A model generated the notes under the pieces. It did not search any database. It was not told the DNA's origin and worked only from the letters and a program-made list of their open reading frames with translations. The position numbers were made by a program, and so were the translations under genes. From positions 62,001 to 114,697 of the forward strand of contig CAZBBK010000009.1 of the NCBI GenBank assembly GCA_964490075.1: 52,697 bases of DNA. The letters are read 5' to 3'. The stretch's first letter is position 1; each line of letters starts with the position of its first letter. Positions 30,357 through 40,344 of the stretch are shown piece by piece. This DNA is from an uncultured Gemmatimonadota bacterium (GTDB taxonomy: Bacteria > GCA-2686955).

Positions 30357-31643
30357 ATGGTGATCGCGCGCTATGTGCTGCGGGAGCAGATCGGGCCCTT
30401 CTTCTTCTCGTTGATCGCGCTGACCGTCGTGCTGCTCCTGAATCAGCTCTTGAAGCTGATGCGATACATCGTCGACAAGGATCTCGATCTGGCGGTCGTC
30501 GGGGAGCTCTTCCTGCTCTCTCTGCCTTTCATCGTGGTCTTGACCATTCCGATGGCGGTGCTCATCGCTTCGGTGCTCTCCTTCGGCCGCCTGACGCAGG
30601 ACTCCGAGCTGACCGCGATGAAGGCGGCCGGAATGCCGCTGCATCGCATCATGCTCCCCCCCTTGCTGGCTTCCCTGGCCCTCGCTCTCGGCTTGCTGAC
30701 GTTCCAGGACCGGGTCCTGCCGGAGACCAACCATCGAATTCGCAATCTGACCTCCGACATCGCCCGCAAGAAGCCCACCTTTCTGGTCGAGCCGGCGATC
30801 GTCAGCGAGATCAATGATCAGACCCGGCTCCGGGTCGCCGCGGTGAATCACCGCACCGGGGAGCTCCAGGACATCCGACTGCTGCAGCTTCGATCCAACG
30901 CCCCCCCGGTCAACATCTTGGCTCCACGAGGGCGCATGAGGGTAGACGGCGCCGGTGGAATCACGCTCGATCTCTTCGACGGCGAGGTGATCGATGCCGG
31001 CCCCGACGACAAGACCGAGCTGCGGCGCACCTTCTTCAAGGCGAACACGCTGCACTTTCAGGTGGATGAGGGCTTCCAGCGGACCGATTCCGACTTCCGC
31101 GGCGATCGGGAGCTGTCCATCGGCGAGCTCGAAGCGCGCGTGGGCGACAGTCGCTTGCTCATTTCCGAGCAACTCGATCGAGTGCGCGAGCAGAGGCGCG
31201 CGGCTCAATGGCCTCCGACCAAGAGCGAGGCGCGGCGCTGGGAGCGTGCGCACAAGATCGCGGCCAGCAAGCTCAGAGAGGTCAACCGCTACCGAGTCGA
31301 GATCCACAAGAAATACGCCATCGCCTTCGCGTGTGTCTCATTCGTCATGATCGGCGTGCCGCTCGGGGCCATGCCGAAACGCGGCGGCAACGCGCTGGGT
31401 GTCATACTCTGTATCTTCTTGTTCATCGCACACTACATCTGTCTGGTCGGTGGCGAACGCTTCGCGGACCGGGGAATCGTCTCTCCCGAGGTCGCCATGT
31501 GGACTCCCGACGTGGTGGTGTCGTTGATTGGGACCTGGCTGATCTACATGAACGGCCATGAGACGCTCTTCCTTCGGCTGGATTGGATCGAAGCGCTGCA
31601 ACGGCGCGTCGGGCGCAGCTCGACCGCGGGGCTTCCGGCGTGA
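30357..31643 (+). CDS. lptF: LPS export ABC transporter permease (LptF-like)
   Basis: IARYVLRE, IPMAVL...FGRLTQDSELTAMKAAG, VEIHKKYAIAFAC..F..IGVPLG. Confidence 0.85.
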   Translation: MVIARYVLREQIGPFFFSLIALTVVLLLNQLLKLMRYIVDKDLDLAVVGELFLLSLPFIVVLTIPMAVLIASVLSFGRLTQDSELTAMKAAGMPLHRIMLPPLLASLALALGLLTFQDRVLPETNHRIRNLTSDIARKKPTFLVEPAIVSEINDQTRLRVAAVNHRTGELQDIRLLQLRSNAPPVNILAPRGRMRVDGAGGITLDLFDGEVIDAGPDDKTELRRTFFKANTLHFQVDEGFQRTDSDFRGDRELSIGELEARVGDSRLLISEQLDRVREQRRAAQWPPTKSEARRWERAHKIAASKLREVNRYRVEIHKKYAIAFACVSFVMIGVPLGAMPKRGGNALGVILCIFLFIAHYICLVGGERFADRGIVSPEVAMWTPDVVVSLIGTWLIYMNGHETLFLRLDWIEALQRRVGRSSTAGLPA

Positions 31644-32722
31644 TTCTGGACCGCTATCTGGCCAGTCGATTCATGCTGGTGCTGGTCGGAGTGCTCGCCA
31701 CCTTTCTGGCGATCTTCATCCTGGTCGACCTCTTCGACAACATCGACACCTACATCGACAAAGAGGCAGCAACACTTTCGATCGCTCGTTTCTACCTGTT
31801 CCAGATCCCTTACATCTTCCAGCTGATTCTACCGGTTTCGGCATTGATCGCCTGTTTCTTCGGGATCGGCGGGCTGGCGGCCAACGGCGAGATCGACGCG
31901 ATGCGGGCCGCCGGCCTCTCGCTGACCAGAATCCTCACGCCGGTGTTCCTCTGCGGACTGGCGATCAGCGTGATGGCGACCTACCTGGCGGCATCGACCG
32001 TGCCGCTCTCCGAGCGCAGGGCCAAAGACATCAAGCTGGTCGAGATCAAGGGGCGGCCCAAGGTCGACCTGCAGTCGAGAACCGATCATATCTACTACGG
32101 CTCGCGCGGCCACGAGTACTTCATGCGGCGCTGGGACGGCCGGCGCAAGCAGATGCACGACGTGGAGATCATCCGGGTGGAGGGCAGTGAGGTCGTGGAG
32201 CACATCCGTGCCGAGCGCGCCCGCTGGGAAGACGGGCAGTGGATTCTCGAAGATGGTGTCGCGAGATCATTCGCCGGAGAGCAGGAGACTGAGTTCAGGT
32301 CGTTCGACCGCCTGCCTCGGCCGGATCTCCCGGAGCGGCCGGAGGACCTGTCGACCGAAAAGCGCAAGACCCGTGAGCTGACACTGTCGCAGCTCACTCG
32401 CCGCATCGACGTCCTGGGCCGGTCGGGGGAGTCGACCGATCTGGAGCGCACCAGCCTTCATCTGCGTTTCTCCTTCCCCCTGTCCAGCATGGTGCTGGTT
32501 CTATTGGGGGCACCGCTGTCGACCAGGCGCAAACGCCGGGGGGCCTGGATCAGCTTCACTGTTTATGTCGTAGTCGGCTTTCTGTTCTTCACTCTGACTC
32601 GCTTCCTTCAGACCCTGGGAGAGCACGGCGCCCTGGAGCCGGTGCTGGCCGCCTGGTTGCCGGACGGCGTCTTCGCCGGCCTGGGGATCGCACTGTTGGT
32701 GTGGCGACAGCGAGGTCATTGA
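31640..32722 (+). CDS. lptG: LPS export ABC transporter permease (LptG-like)
   Basis: GTGA overlap; [34 protein letters not shown]. Confidence 0.85.
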   Translation: MILDRYLASRFMLVLVGVLATFLAIFILVDLFDNIDTYIDKEAATLSIARFYLFQIPYIFQLILPVSALIACFFGIGGLAANGEIDAMRAAGLSLTRILTPVFLCGLAISVMATYLAASTVPLSERRAKDIKLVEIKGRPKVDLQSRTDHIYYGSRGHEYFMRRWDGRRKQMHDVEIIRVEGSEVVEHIRAERARWEDGQWILEDGVARSFAGEQETEFRSFDRLPRPDLPERPEDLSTEKRKTRELTLSQLTRRIDVLGRSGESTDLERTSLHLRFSFPLSSMVLVLLGAPLSTRRKRRGAWISFTVYVVVGFLFFTLTRFLQTLGEHGALEPVLAAWLPDGVFAGLGIALLVWRQRGH

Positions 32723-32777
32723 TGCTAGTGTTCCTCCGCCTCATCGACAGAGCCCATCGTCCACTGAGAAGGTGCCC

Positions 32778-34745
32778 ATGAGCCAGAAACCCCACGTTCC
32801 GATCTCCGACCTCCTGCGCGAGCATCGTTACTTCAAGCCTCAGCGCGACTTCGCCGCGGCTGCACGGGTGAACGATGACTCCCTGTACGAGAGGGCCGAT
32901 GCGGATCCTCTGGCTTTCTGGGAAGAGGCCGCCGGCGAGTTGGATTGGATCGAGCCCTGGACCGAGGTGCTGCGCTGGAACACGCCCGACGCGGAGTGGT
33001 TCGTCGGCGGCAAGCTGAACGCCAGCGCCAACTGTTTGGACCGGCATGTGCACGGCGGCCTGCGCAACCGCGCGGCGATCATCTGGGAGGGCGAGCCGGG
33101 CGACCAGCGCACCTTGACCTACTGGGACATGTACCGCGAGGTGCAGAAATGCGCCAATGCGCTCAAGAGCCTGGGCATTCACAAGGGAGACCGGGTTGCC
33201 ATCTACATGCCGATGGTGCCGGAGCTCGCCATCGCCATGTTGGCCTGCGCCAGAATCGGCGCCATCCACTCGGTGATCTTCGCCGGCTTCAGCGCCGACT
33301 CACTGGTGGACAGAATCTCCGACGCCCGGGCCAAGGCGGTGATCACCGCCGACGGCGGCTGGCGACGCGGCGCCAAGCTGCCTCTGAAGGAGGTGGTCGA
33401 CCAGGCGCTGCAGGATGAAGGCACCGCCTCGGTACTGAGCGTCGTGGTGCTGCAGCGCGACACCGAGCCGCTCGAGGGCTTGAGCTGGAACGCCGAGCGC
33501 GATGTCTGGTGGCACGATCTGATGGCGCTGGCATCTCCGAACTGTGCACCGGAGCCCATGGACTCCGAAGACCTGCTCTTCATTCTCTACACCAGCGGCA
33601 CCACCGGCAAACCCAAGGGCATCGTGCATACCACCGGTGGTTACATGGTGGGCACGCACACCACGGCAAAGTACGTATTCGACCTCCGAAGCGACGACAT
33701 TTTCTGGTGCACGGCGGACTGTGGCTGGATCACCGGCCACTCGTACATCGTCTACGGGCCGATGGCCAACGGTGTCACTCAGGTCATGTACGAGGGCGCC
33801 CCGGATTGGCCCAAGCGGAGCCGATTCTGGAGCATCGTGGAGAACTACGGGGTGAGCGTCTTCTACACTGCTCCCACGGCGATCCGGGCGTTCATGAAAT
33901 GGGGCGCGGCGCACCCCGATCAGCACGATCTGTCCAGCTTGAGGCTCCTGGGAACGGTCGGCGAACCGATCAACCCGGAGGCCTGGGTCTGGTATCACGA
34001 GGTCATCGGTGGCGCCCGCTGCCCGGTGGTCGACACTTGGTGGCAGACGGAGACCGGGGCGATCATGATCACGCCGCTGCCCGGCTCGGTGACCACCAAG
34101 CCCGGTTCCGCGACCCGCGCCTTCCCCGGCATCCAGGCCGAGGTCCTGGATCCCGACGGCAAGACGGTCGAGGTCGGCGGCGGTCTGTTGGCGATTCGCG
34201 ACCCCTGGCCCTCGATGCTGCGCGGGATCTGGGGCGACCGCAAACGCTTCGTGTCGACCTACTGGAGCAAGTGGCCGCATACCTACTTCCCCGGCGACGG
34301 CGCGAAGCGCGATGGCGACGGCTATTTCTGGATCCTGGGTCGGGTCGACGACGTGATCAACACGGCGGGGCACAGAATCGGCACCATGGAAGTGGAGTCG
34401 GCCCTGGTGGACCACAAGTCGGTGGCGGAGGCCGCGGTGGTCGGCATCGAGCACGAGATCAAGGGCATCGCGATCGCGGCCTTCGTCCTGCTCAGAGAAG
34501 GGCAAGACGGTTCGGAGGACATCGAGCAGGAGCTCAAGGACCACGTGGTGAAAAAGATCGGCGCGATCGCGCGACCGGAAAAGGTGCTGATCGCCGCGGA
34601 TCTGCCCAAGACTCGCAGCGGGAAGATCATGCGCCGCTTGCTACGAGATGTGGCGGAGGGCAAAGCACTCGGAGACACAACCACACTCGCCGATCCCTCG
34701 GTAGTGGCTCGACTGAAGGCGGAGTACGAGTCGATCGAAGGCTGA
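32778..34745 (+). CDS. acs: Acetate-CoA ligase (AMP-forming)
   Basis: [57 protein letters not shown]. Confidence 0.97.
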   Translation: MSQKPHVPISDLLREHRYFKPQRDFAAAARVNDDSLYERADADPLAFWEEAAGELDWIEPWTEVLRWNTPDAEWFVGGKLNASANCLDRHVHGGLRNRAAIIWEGEPGDQRTLTYWDMYREVQKCANALKSLGIHKGDRVAIYMPMVPELAIAMLACARIGAIHSVIFAGFSADSLVDRISDARAKAVITADGGWRRGAKLPLKEVVDQALQDEGTASVLSVVVLQRDTEPLEGLSWNAERDVWWHDLMALASPNCAPEPMDSEDLLFILYTSGTTGKPKGIVHTTGGYMVGTHTTAKYVFDLRSDDIFWCTADCGWITGHSYIVYGPMANGVTQVMYEGAPDWPKRSRFWSIVENYGVSVFYTAPTAIRAFMKWGAAHPDQHDLSSLRLLGTVGEPINPEAWVWYHEVIGGARCPVVDTWWQTETGAIMITPLPGSVTTKPGSATRAFPGIQAEVLDPDGKTVEVGGGLLAIRDPWPSMLRGIWGDRKRFVSTYWSKWPHTYFPGDGAKRDGDGYFWILGRVDDVINTAGHRIGTMEVESALVDHKSVAEAAVVGIEHEIKGIAIAAFVLLREGQDGSEDIEQELKDHVVKKIGAIARPEKVLIAADLPKTRSGKIMRRLLRDVAEGKALGDTTTLADPSVVARLKAEYESIEG

Positions 34746-34766
34746 CAGGCGCAACGAGGACAAGTC

Positions 34767-36470
34767 ATGGAGATCCAACGCGAGAGCATGGACGTCGACG
34801 TTCTTCTGGTCGGCGCTGGCCCCGCGAATCTGGCCGCGGCGATTCGCCTCGGGCAGCTCGTTCAGGAGCACAACGAAGCCCTTGCATCCGGAAGCAAAGA
34901 GGGCAGCCCCCTCGAAGATCTGATGATCATGGTGGTCGAGAAGGCGGCCGAGCTGGGCGGCCACTCGCTCTCGGGCGCGGTCATGGACCCGATCGCCCTC
35001 GAAGAGCTGATGCCCGACTACATGGAGAAGGGCTTCCCGGAGGACGCTCCGGTGACATCCGACGAGGTGCTCTTCTTCACCGAGCAAGGGCAGCGCAAGG
35101 CGCCCTTCGTACCGCCGCCGCTGCGGCAGCACGGTTACCAGATCGTCAGCCTGAACAAGGTCGTGAAATGGATGGCCTCGTTCTGCGAGCAGTACGCCAT
35201 CGAGGTGATGCCGGGTTTCCCCGCCGCCAAGCTGCTGATCGAAGACAATCGCGTGCTGGGTGTACAGACCGGCGACATGGGCATCGACAAGAACGGTGAG
35301 CAACGTTCCAACTTCGAGCCCGGCATGCTGCTCAAAGCCAAGGTCACGGTGCTCGGCGAGGGACCGCGCGGCCACCTGGCGAAGTTCCTGACGGAAGAGA
35401 TGAAGCTCGACGAGGGGCGCAATCCCCAGATTTATGGAACCGGCGTCAAAGAGATCTGGAAGCTGCCCAAGGGGCGCACCACACCAGGGAAGGTCACGCA
35501 TACCGCCGGCTATCCTCTGCATCGCGATCAATACGGCGGCACCTGGATCTACCACCTCGACGAGCAACATGTTTCGATCGGCATGGTGGTCGGACTGGAC
35601 TGGCGCGACCCATACCTCGATCCTCACCGCCTGTTCACGCGCTTCAAGCAACATCCGTACATGCAGGAACTGTTGCGCGACGGAGAGATCGTTCGCTACG
35701 GCGCCAAGACCATTCCCGAAGGCGGCTACTACTCCATGCCGCGGCTCGCGGTCGACGGCTGCGTGATCGTAGGTGACTCCGCCTCCACTCTGAACACGCC
35801 CCGACTCAAGGGCATCCACACCGCGATGAAGAGCGGCATGCTGGCGGCAGAGACGATCTTCGAGGCATTGCTGGCGCAGGATACCTCCGCGGCCGCGCTC
35901 GGCAAGTACCAGCGGGCTCTCGAGGAGAGCTGGCTGGGGCGCGAGCTCTACGCGGTGCGCAACTTCCGGCAGCCCTTCCAGAAGGGCAAGCTCAACGGTC
36001 TTCTGTGGGCCGCGCTGGCTCAGATCAGCGGCGCCAGGCTGCCCGGAGGGAAGATCAGAATCGGCCCGGATCACGCGGAGAGGCAGACTCTGGCGCAGTT
36101 CTACGGAGGGAGCCCTCCCGCGCAGGATCCCTTCGGCGGCGACCTCAAGGGTGACGCGGTGCTCGACAAGCTGACCGACGTCTACCATTCCGGCGCGGTG
36201 CACGAAGAGGACCAACCCTCGCACCTGCAGGTGGCCGACCTGGAGATCTGCCGCACCACTTGCGCCACCGAGTACGGAAATCCCTGTCAGTATTTCTGCC
36301 CGGCCGGGGTCTACGAGATGGTCGACGATGAAGAGAATGGCGGCAGAAAACTACAGATCAACTTTTCCAACTGCGTGCACTGCAAAACCTGCGACATCTC
36401 CGACCCCTACGAGGTCATCACCTGGGTGACTCCGGAAGGGGGCGGCGGTCCCGACTACACCAATATGTAG
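34767..36470 (+). CDS. Electron transfer flavoprotein-quinone oxidoreductase
   Basis: VGAGPANL, GGHSLSGAV, AKTIPEGG, KGIHTAMKSG, HEEDQPSHL, CPAGVYE...NCVHCKTCDI, WVTPEGGGGP. Confidence 0.95.
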   Translation: MEIQRESMDVDVLLVGAGPANLAAAIRLGQLVQEHNEALASGSKEGSPLEDLMIMVVEKAAELGGHSLSGAVMDPIALEELMPDYMEKGFPEDAPVTSDEVLFFTEQGQRKAPFVPPPLRQHGYQIVSLNKVVKWMASFCEQYAIEVMPGFPAAKLLIEDNRVLGVQTGDMGIDKNGEQRSNFEPGMLLKAKVTVLGEGPRGHLAKFLTEEMKLDEGRNPQIYGTGVKEIWKLPKGRTTPGKVTHTAGYPLHRDQYGGTWIYHLDEQHVSIGMVVGLDWRDPYLDPHRLFTRFKQHPYMQELLRDGEIVRYGAKTIPEGGYYSMPRLAVDGCVIVGDSASTLNTPRLKGIHTAMKSGMLAAETIFEALLAQDTSAAALGKYQRALEESWLGRELYAVRNFRQPFQKGKLNGLLWAALAQISGARLPGGKIRIGPDHAERQTLAQFYGGSPPAQDPFGGDLKGDAVLDKLTDVYHSGAVHEEDQPSHLQVADLEICRTTCATEYGNPCQYFCPAGVYEMVDDEENGGRKLQINFSNCVHCKTCDISDPYEVITWVTPEGGGGPDYTNM

Positions 36471-36473
36471 CGG

Positions 36474-37703
36474 CTATTGAGAGCCCGTAGGCGGACGCTT
36501 GGCATCCAGCGCCTCGCGCACGTCGCTTTGCATCTGATCGAGGATATCGCGACCGGATCGAACAGTTCGCCCGCGGACCTGCTCGAGCTTCTCCTGCACA
36601 CGTGTGCCGAGGCGCGGCACCAGGTCGGCGCCGATGACGATCACCAGCTCCTTTTCGGTGACCTCGACTCGATCATAGCCCGCCAGATAGCGGATCCCGA
36701 GCAACCACCCGGGCAAGTCCTTGAGGAAGGGCAGCCCCTTCCTGACGTGTAGCTCCTCGGTAGAAAAGAGGCCCGCCAGCACGGTCTCTTCGCCGTCGAG
36801 CAGGAAGACCTCGGTCGATGCCTGATCCTTCTTGATCTGTGTCGACACCGCGTCCGGAATCGCCGAGGATCGTTCGGCCTCGATGATCAGGTGAACGAAG
36901 GCCATTCCTTCCACCTCGACCACCTCGGGAGAGACGGTCAGAATCGTTCCGGTGCTGAAGAAGTTGTCGATGACATTTCCGGCGAAGTCTCGGGTCTTGA
37001 TCGAAAAATCCGTCCCCACCTGGACACGCCCGCGGCGACCCGTGAGCACGGTGACTCGCGGGCTGGCGATGATCTCGCCGAGGTTTTCCGATTCGAAAGT
37101 CCTGAGCATTCCGGAGAGGGTGAAGTTCGAGGCGATCTCGCTTTGGCCGAAATCGACGGTCAAGAGATCGTCGGTCACGTTGGTGGCGCCGAAGAAGTCG
37201 ACGGAGCCGCCGGAGGAGCCCACCAGCGCGGACCAATCGATGCCGATCTCGCGGATCTGCTTGCGGTCGGCTTCGAAGAAGGTCGCCGAGATCACGACCT
37301 CGCGCTGATCGGCCGTGACCAGGTCGGCCAGACCGCCGTCTCCCGCGGCACCTGCCACTCCACTGACCAGGTAATGATCCTGGAACTCTTTGTAGGACAG
37401 TGCGTTCGACCGAAGGATGATCTCCAATGCCTTGCGCCAGGGCACGTTGACCACGTCCATGCCGATCGGATCGCCGCGCTTCTCCAGGTCGATGATGATC
37501 TTGCCCTCGCTCTCGCGGGCCACGGCGCTCAGGATCTCCAGCGCACGCCGTATCGGCATGTCGCGGCCGAGCGACACCACTTCGTCCGCCGGGGCGCCGA
37601 GAGCCAATCGCTCCACCTCGCGATCTTCCGAGGCGAGCACGCGCGGCGGCGCCAGCATGGCCACCGTCACCAGCAGAAGCGACGAAATCAGCAATCGAGT
37701 CAT
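36474..37703 (-). CDS. Short PilQ/GspD-like outer-membrane secretin
   Basis: Signal peptide; VPWRKALEIIL N0-like segment; EIGIDW, IASPRVTV, TGTILTVSP, DGEETVLAGL, GLPFLKDLP, ELVIVI. Confidence 0.88.
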   Translation of the reverse strand: MTRLLISSLLLVTVAMLAPPRVLASEDREVERLALGAPADEVVSLGRDMPIRRALEILSAVARESEGKIIIDLEKRGDPIGMDVVNVPWRKALEIILRSNALSYKEFQDHYLVSGVAGAAGDGGLADLVTADQREVVISATFFEADRKQIREIGIDWSALVGSSGGSVDFFGATNVTDDLLTVDFGQSEIASNFTLSGMLRTFESENLGEIIASPRVTVLTGRRGRVQVGTDFSIKTRDFAGNVIDNFFSTGTILTVSPEVVEVEGMAFVHLIIEAERSSAIPDAVSTQIKKDQASTEVFLLDGEETVLAGLFSTEELHVRKGLPFLKDLPGWLLGIRYLAGYDRVEVTEKELVIVIGADLVPRLGTRVQEKLEQVRGRTVRSGRDILDQMQSDVREALDAKRPPTGSQ

Positions 37704-37717
37704 GTTGCGTTCTCCGG

Positions 37718-38593
37718 TCACTGATTCACCCCCAGAACCAGCTCGAGGTCGAGGGATTCGATGAGTCCCCCCTTGTTGAGAGTGAAGCGGGCCGTGTTGC
37801 CGGCCGAGTTGATCCTGGTCAGGTAGCCGAGGTAGACCTCGTCACCCTCTTTGAGCGTGACCAGCTCGCCGTGCTGGTCCTCCACGAAGGCGAAAGTCGG
37901 GGTGAGCGCTCGCAACACCGACTTCTCGATCTCGACCAGATCTTCGGTGTTGGGAGGCAGCGCTTCGCGCACCAGCGGCGAAAAGGGGTTGTAGCTGAGC
38001 CAGGGGAACTCGGGCTCGCTGCGCGCGGCGATCAGCTCGGCCTTCTCGCCGTCGCCTCCGGTGTAGGCGCGAATATCGAGCTCGAAGCCCAGGGAGCCCG
38101 CTTCGGTTGGGCCGGCATCGAGCCACCTCAGACGCACCCGGTCGACGGAGTAGATCTCGCGGGCGTGCTCCAACTCCCAGACGAAGCGATAGACGTCGAT
38201 GAAAGGCCCGGCGCCGCGCAGCTGAAGAACGACGTACTCTGCGTCTCCTTCGATGTCGCGGCGCAGGAACGCGTAGCTATAGGGCAGCGCATGGCAACGC
38301 GACTCGGCGATGTGGGTGATGGCGCCGAACACATCGTGCGCGGCGCTCACCGGTGGAATGCGGTGCGGACGACGGGCCCATTTGTCTCTGGTCCGATCCC
38401 GGCGCTCGCGCATCTCGTCGATGCGCGCCGCCATGTCGCGATACTCATCCAGCGTCTCTTCCGCGAGGTGCAAATCGGCCTGGGCAAGAGCGGCGCGCCC
38501 GGGCAGGTAGATGCGCACTCCCCAGGTGCCCGCACCGAGCAAGACGCCGCCCACCAGCCCCACGATCAAGGTATTGCGGACTCGCGCGTTCAT
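37718..38593 (-). CDS. PilO-like alignment protein with a PilP-like C-terminal beta domain
   Basis: TM, coiled coil, ferredoxin-like core (LQLRGAGPFIDVYRFVWELE), then NPFSPL and AFVEDQHG..VTLKEGDEVYLGYLTRI. Confidence 0.65.
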   Translation of the reverse strand: MNARVRNTLIVGLVGGVLLGAGTWGVRIYLPGRAALAQADLHLAEETLDEYRDMAARIDEMRERRDRTRDKWARRPHRIPPVSAAHDVFGAITHIAESRCHALPYSYAFLRRDIEGDAEYVVLQLRGAGPFIDVYRFVWELEHAREIYSVDRVRLRWLDAGPTEAGSLGFELDIRAYTGGDGEKAELIAARSEPEFPWLSYNPFSPLVREALPPNTEDLVEIEKSVLRALTPTFAFVEDQHGELVTLKEGDEVYLGYLTRINSAGNTARFTLNKGGLIESLDLELVLGVNQ

Positions 38594-40326
38594 ACGTCGG
38601 TACTCCCTCCGGGGCCGGCGCCCGGCGGCGGCGGCGGTGGGCCGCTCTCGGTGCCGCCGAGCGGGTCCGGTGTCGGCGCGGCGGAAACTGGATCCGCCCC
38701 TTCCCGGCTCGCGGCCAGCGCCGCGGCAAGGGCCTGTGCCGCCTCGATCTCGTCCTCGACGTCCTTGCCCGCGCGCAGCTCGAAGCGATAGACCGGCCTG
38801 GTGCGAACGCGCAGCTCGGTGGCGCTGCGCAGCACCACGTCGCCCATTCGGTTGGCCAGCTCCGCCAGGCGCGGGCGGCGCACGGTCATGCCTTGCAGCT
38901 CCATCCCGGAGTCCTTGGTAGAGGCGACCACGTTGATCCAGCAGCCGCCGATTCGGCGAAAGTGACTCGCGGCATTGGTCAGCACTTCGCTCCAGAGCTT
39001 GCGGGTATCGGCCAGAGCCTGAAGACGCGCCAACGCCGTTTCCATCTCATCGGCCTCTTCGGCCAATGCCATTGAACGCATGGCGGCATCTTCCACCTCG
39101 GCGATCTGCACCTGTACCGAGGCCAGCTCCGCTCTGGCCTCTCGCTCGAGTCGAACTTGGCCCAACGCGGCCAGAATCAGAAATCCCGAACAGACTCCGA
39201 CCAAGGTCGCACCGGCGACACCGTGCCATGCCAGACCACGCAGATTCCGCTCGCGAATCTCCTGCGGCAGCAGATCGATCCACCGATGCGGCTCGGGAGG
39301 ATCCAGGAGCGACCAGGCCAGACCCAGAGACACGGCAAAGCGGTCGACGACGTCGGTGTTCGCGTCCTCGCTCACATCGAGCGGACCCAGATCGAGATAG
39401 CTGACCTCGGCGTCTGGGAACTCGGGGCGCAGCCAATCGGCCGCCTCCACCCACTGCGCCGAGCCGGTGAGCACGAAACGATCCACGGAGGGTATGCCCG
39501 CCTCGTCTCGAGCCAGCAACACTCTGCTGACGAGGGTGCGCGGCAAGGACCGTGACTCCAACGATTCGTGGATGATCGGAGCGACCCGCAGCACCGTCTC
39601 GCCTCGCATCAGGATGACTCGGGTCGACTCTTCAGCCAGATGCACCACCGCCGTGAGCGTCTGCTCTTCGGCCGGTGGAGCCAGTCTGCGCACCAGGTCT
39701 GCCAGTGCTAGTTCGTCGGGCACCGCGGAGATCACGCCGATCTTCTTCTTTTCCAGGAACTCCTCGGCGGCCAAAGCCGCCTCCGCCACCGGGCAATCCC
39801 CGATTCGCGCCGCCGATATGACGTTCCCGTCCGGATCCGAGATCGCGCCGATGCTCTCGGTCGCCAGGCCGCCGCTGCCGCTTTCCAGCGCCGCACGGGC
39901 CTGTTGCAGCAACGCCTTTCGGTTCGTCTTCCCCTCCCAGCTCATGTGGTGATAGAAGACATGGGTATCCGGCACGTTGACCGCGACATGGCGCAGGTCG
40001 AAGTCCTCGACTCCCGCCAACATCGCCGCCACCACTGGGGCGCCGTCGGCATCTCCGCCGCCAATATCCTGTGCCAGCTCCGGGGGCAGCGTGAAGGGAT
40101 CCCGGCGATCGGCTGAAGCAGCGGAGCTCGCCCCTTCCTGCGCCACTCCCGCGGCTACCTCGACCCCTTCCTCTACCGCTTGCTCCTCCTGCTCATCGCA
40201 GATCAGGCTCGCGCGGCGCATCGCTGTCACGCAAATCGACTTGTCACGCCGACGTTCCAACTGCACGATGCGCAGCGCCGAGCCCTCCAGCGCGATCCCT
40301 ACCGCTATTTTCGGACGACGTGCCAT
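38590..40326 (-). CDS. PilM-PilN-like fusion (actin-like domain, TM, periplasmic domain)
   Basis: VGIALEGSALRIVQL, AVVHLAEESTRVIL, FVLTG, FAVSLGLA, then IDLLP (INLLP-like), TM, coiled coil, WINVV...MELQG. Confidence 0.75.
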   Translation of the reverse strand: MARRPKIAVGIALEGSALRIVQLERRRDKSICVTAMRRASLICDEQEEQAVEEGVEVAAGVAQEGASSAASADRRDPFTLPPELAQDIGGGDADGAPVVAAMLAGVEDFDLRHVAVNVPDTHVFYHHMSWEGKTNRKALLQQARAALESGSGGLATESIGAISDPDGNVISAARIGDCPVAEAALAAEEFLEKKKIGVISAVPDELALADLVRRLAPPAEEQTLTAVVHLAEESTRVILMRGETVLRVAPIIHESLESRSLPRTLVSRVLLARDEAGIPSVDRFVLTGSAQWVEAADWLRPEFPDAEVSYLDLGPLDVSEDANTDVVDRFAVSLGLAWSLLDPPEPHRWIDLLPQEIRERNLRGLAWHGVAGATLVGVCSGFLILAALGQVRLEREARAELASVQVQIAEVEDAAMRSMALAEEADEMETALARLQALADTRKLWSEVLTNAASHFRRIGGCWINVVASTKDSGMELQGMTVRRPRLAELANRMGDVVLRSATELRVRTRPVYRFELRAGKDVEDEIEAAQALAAALAASREGADPVSAAPTPDPLGGTESGPPPPPPGAGPGGSTDV

Positions 40327-40344
40327 CTATCTCTCCGGGTCCGC

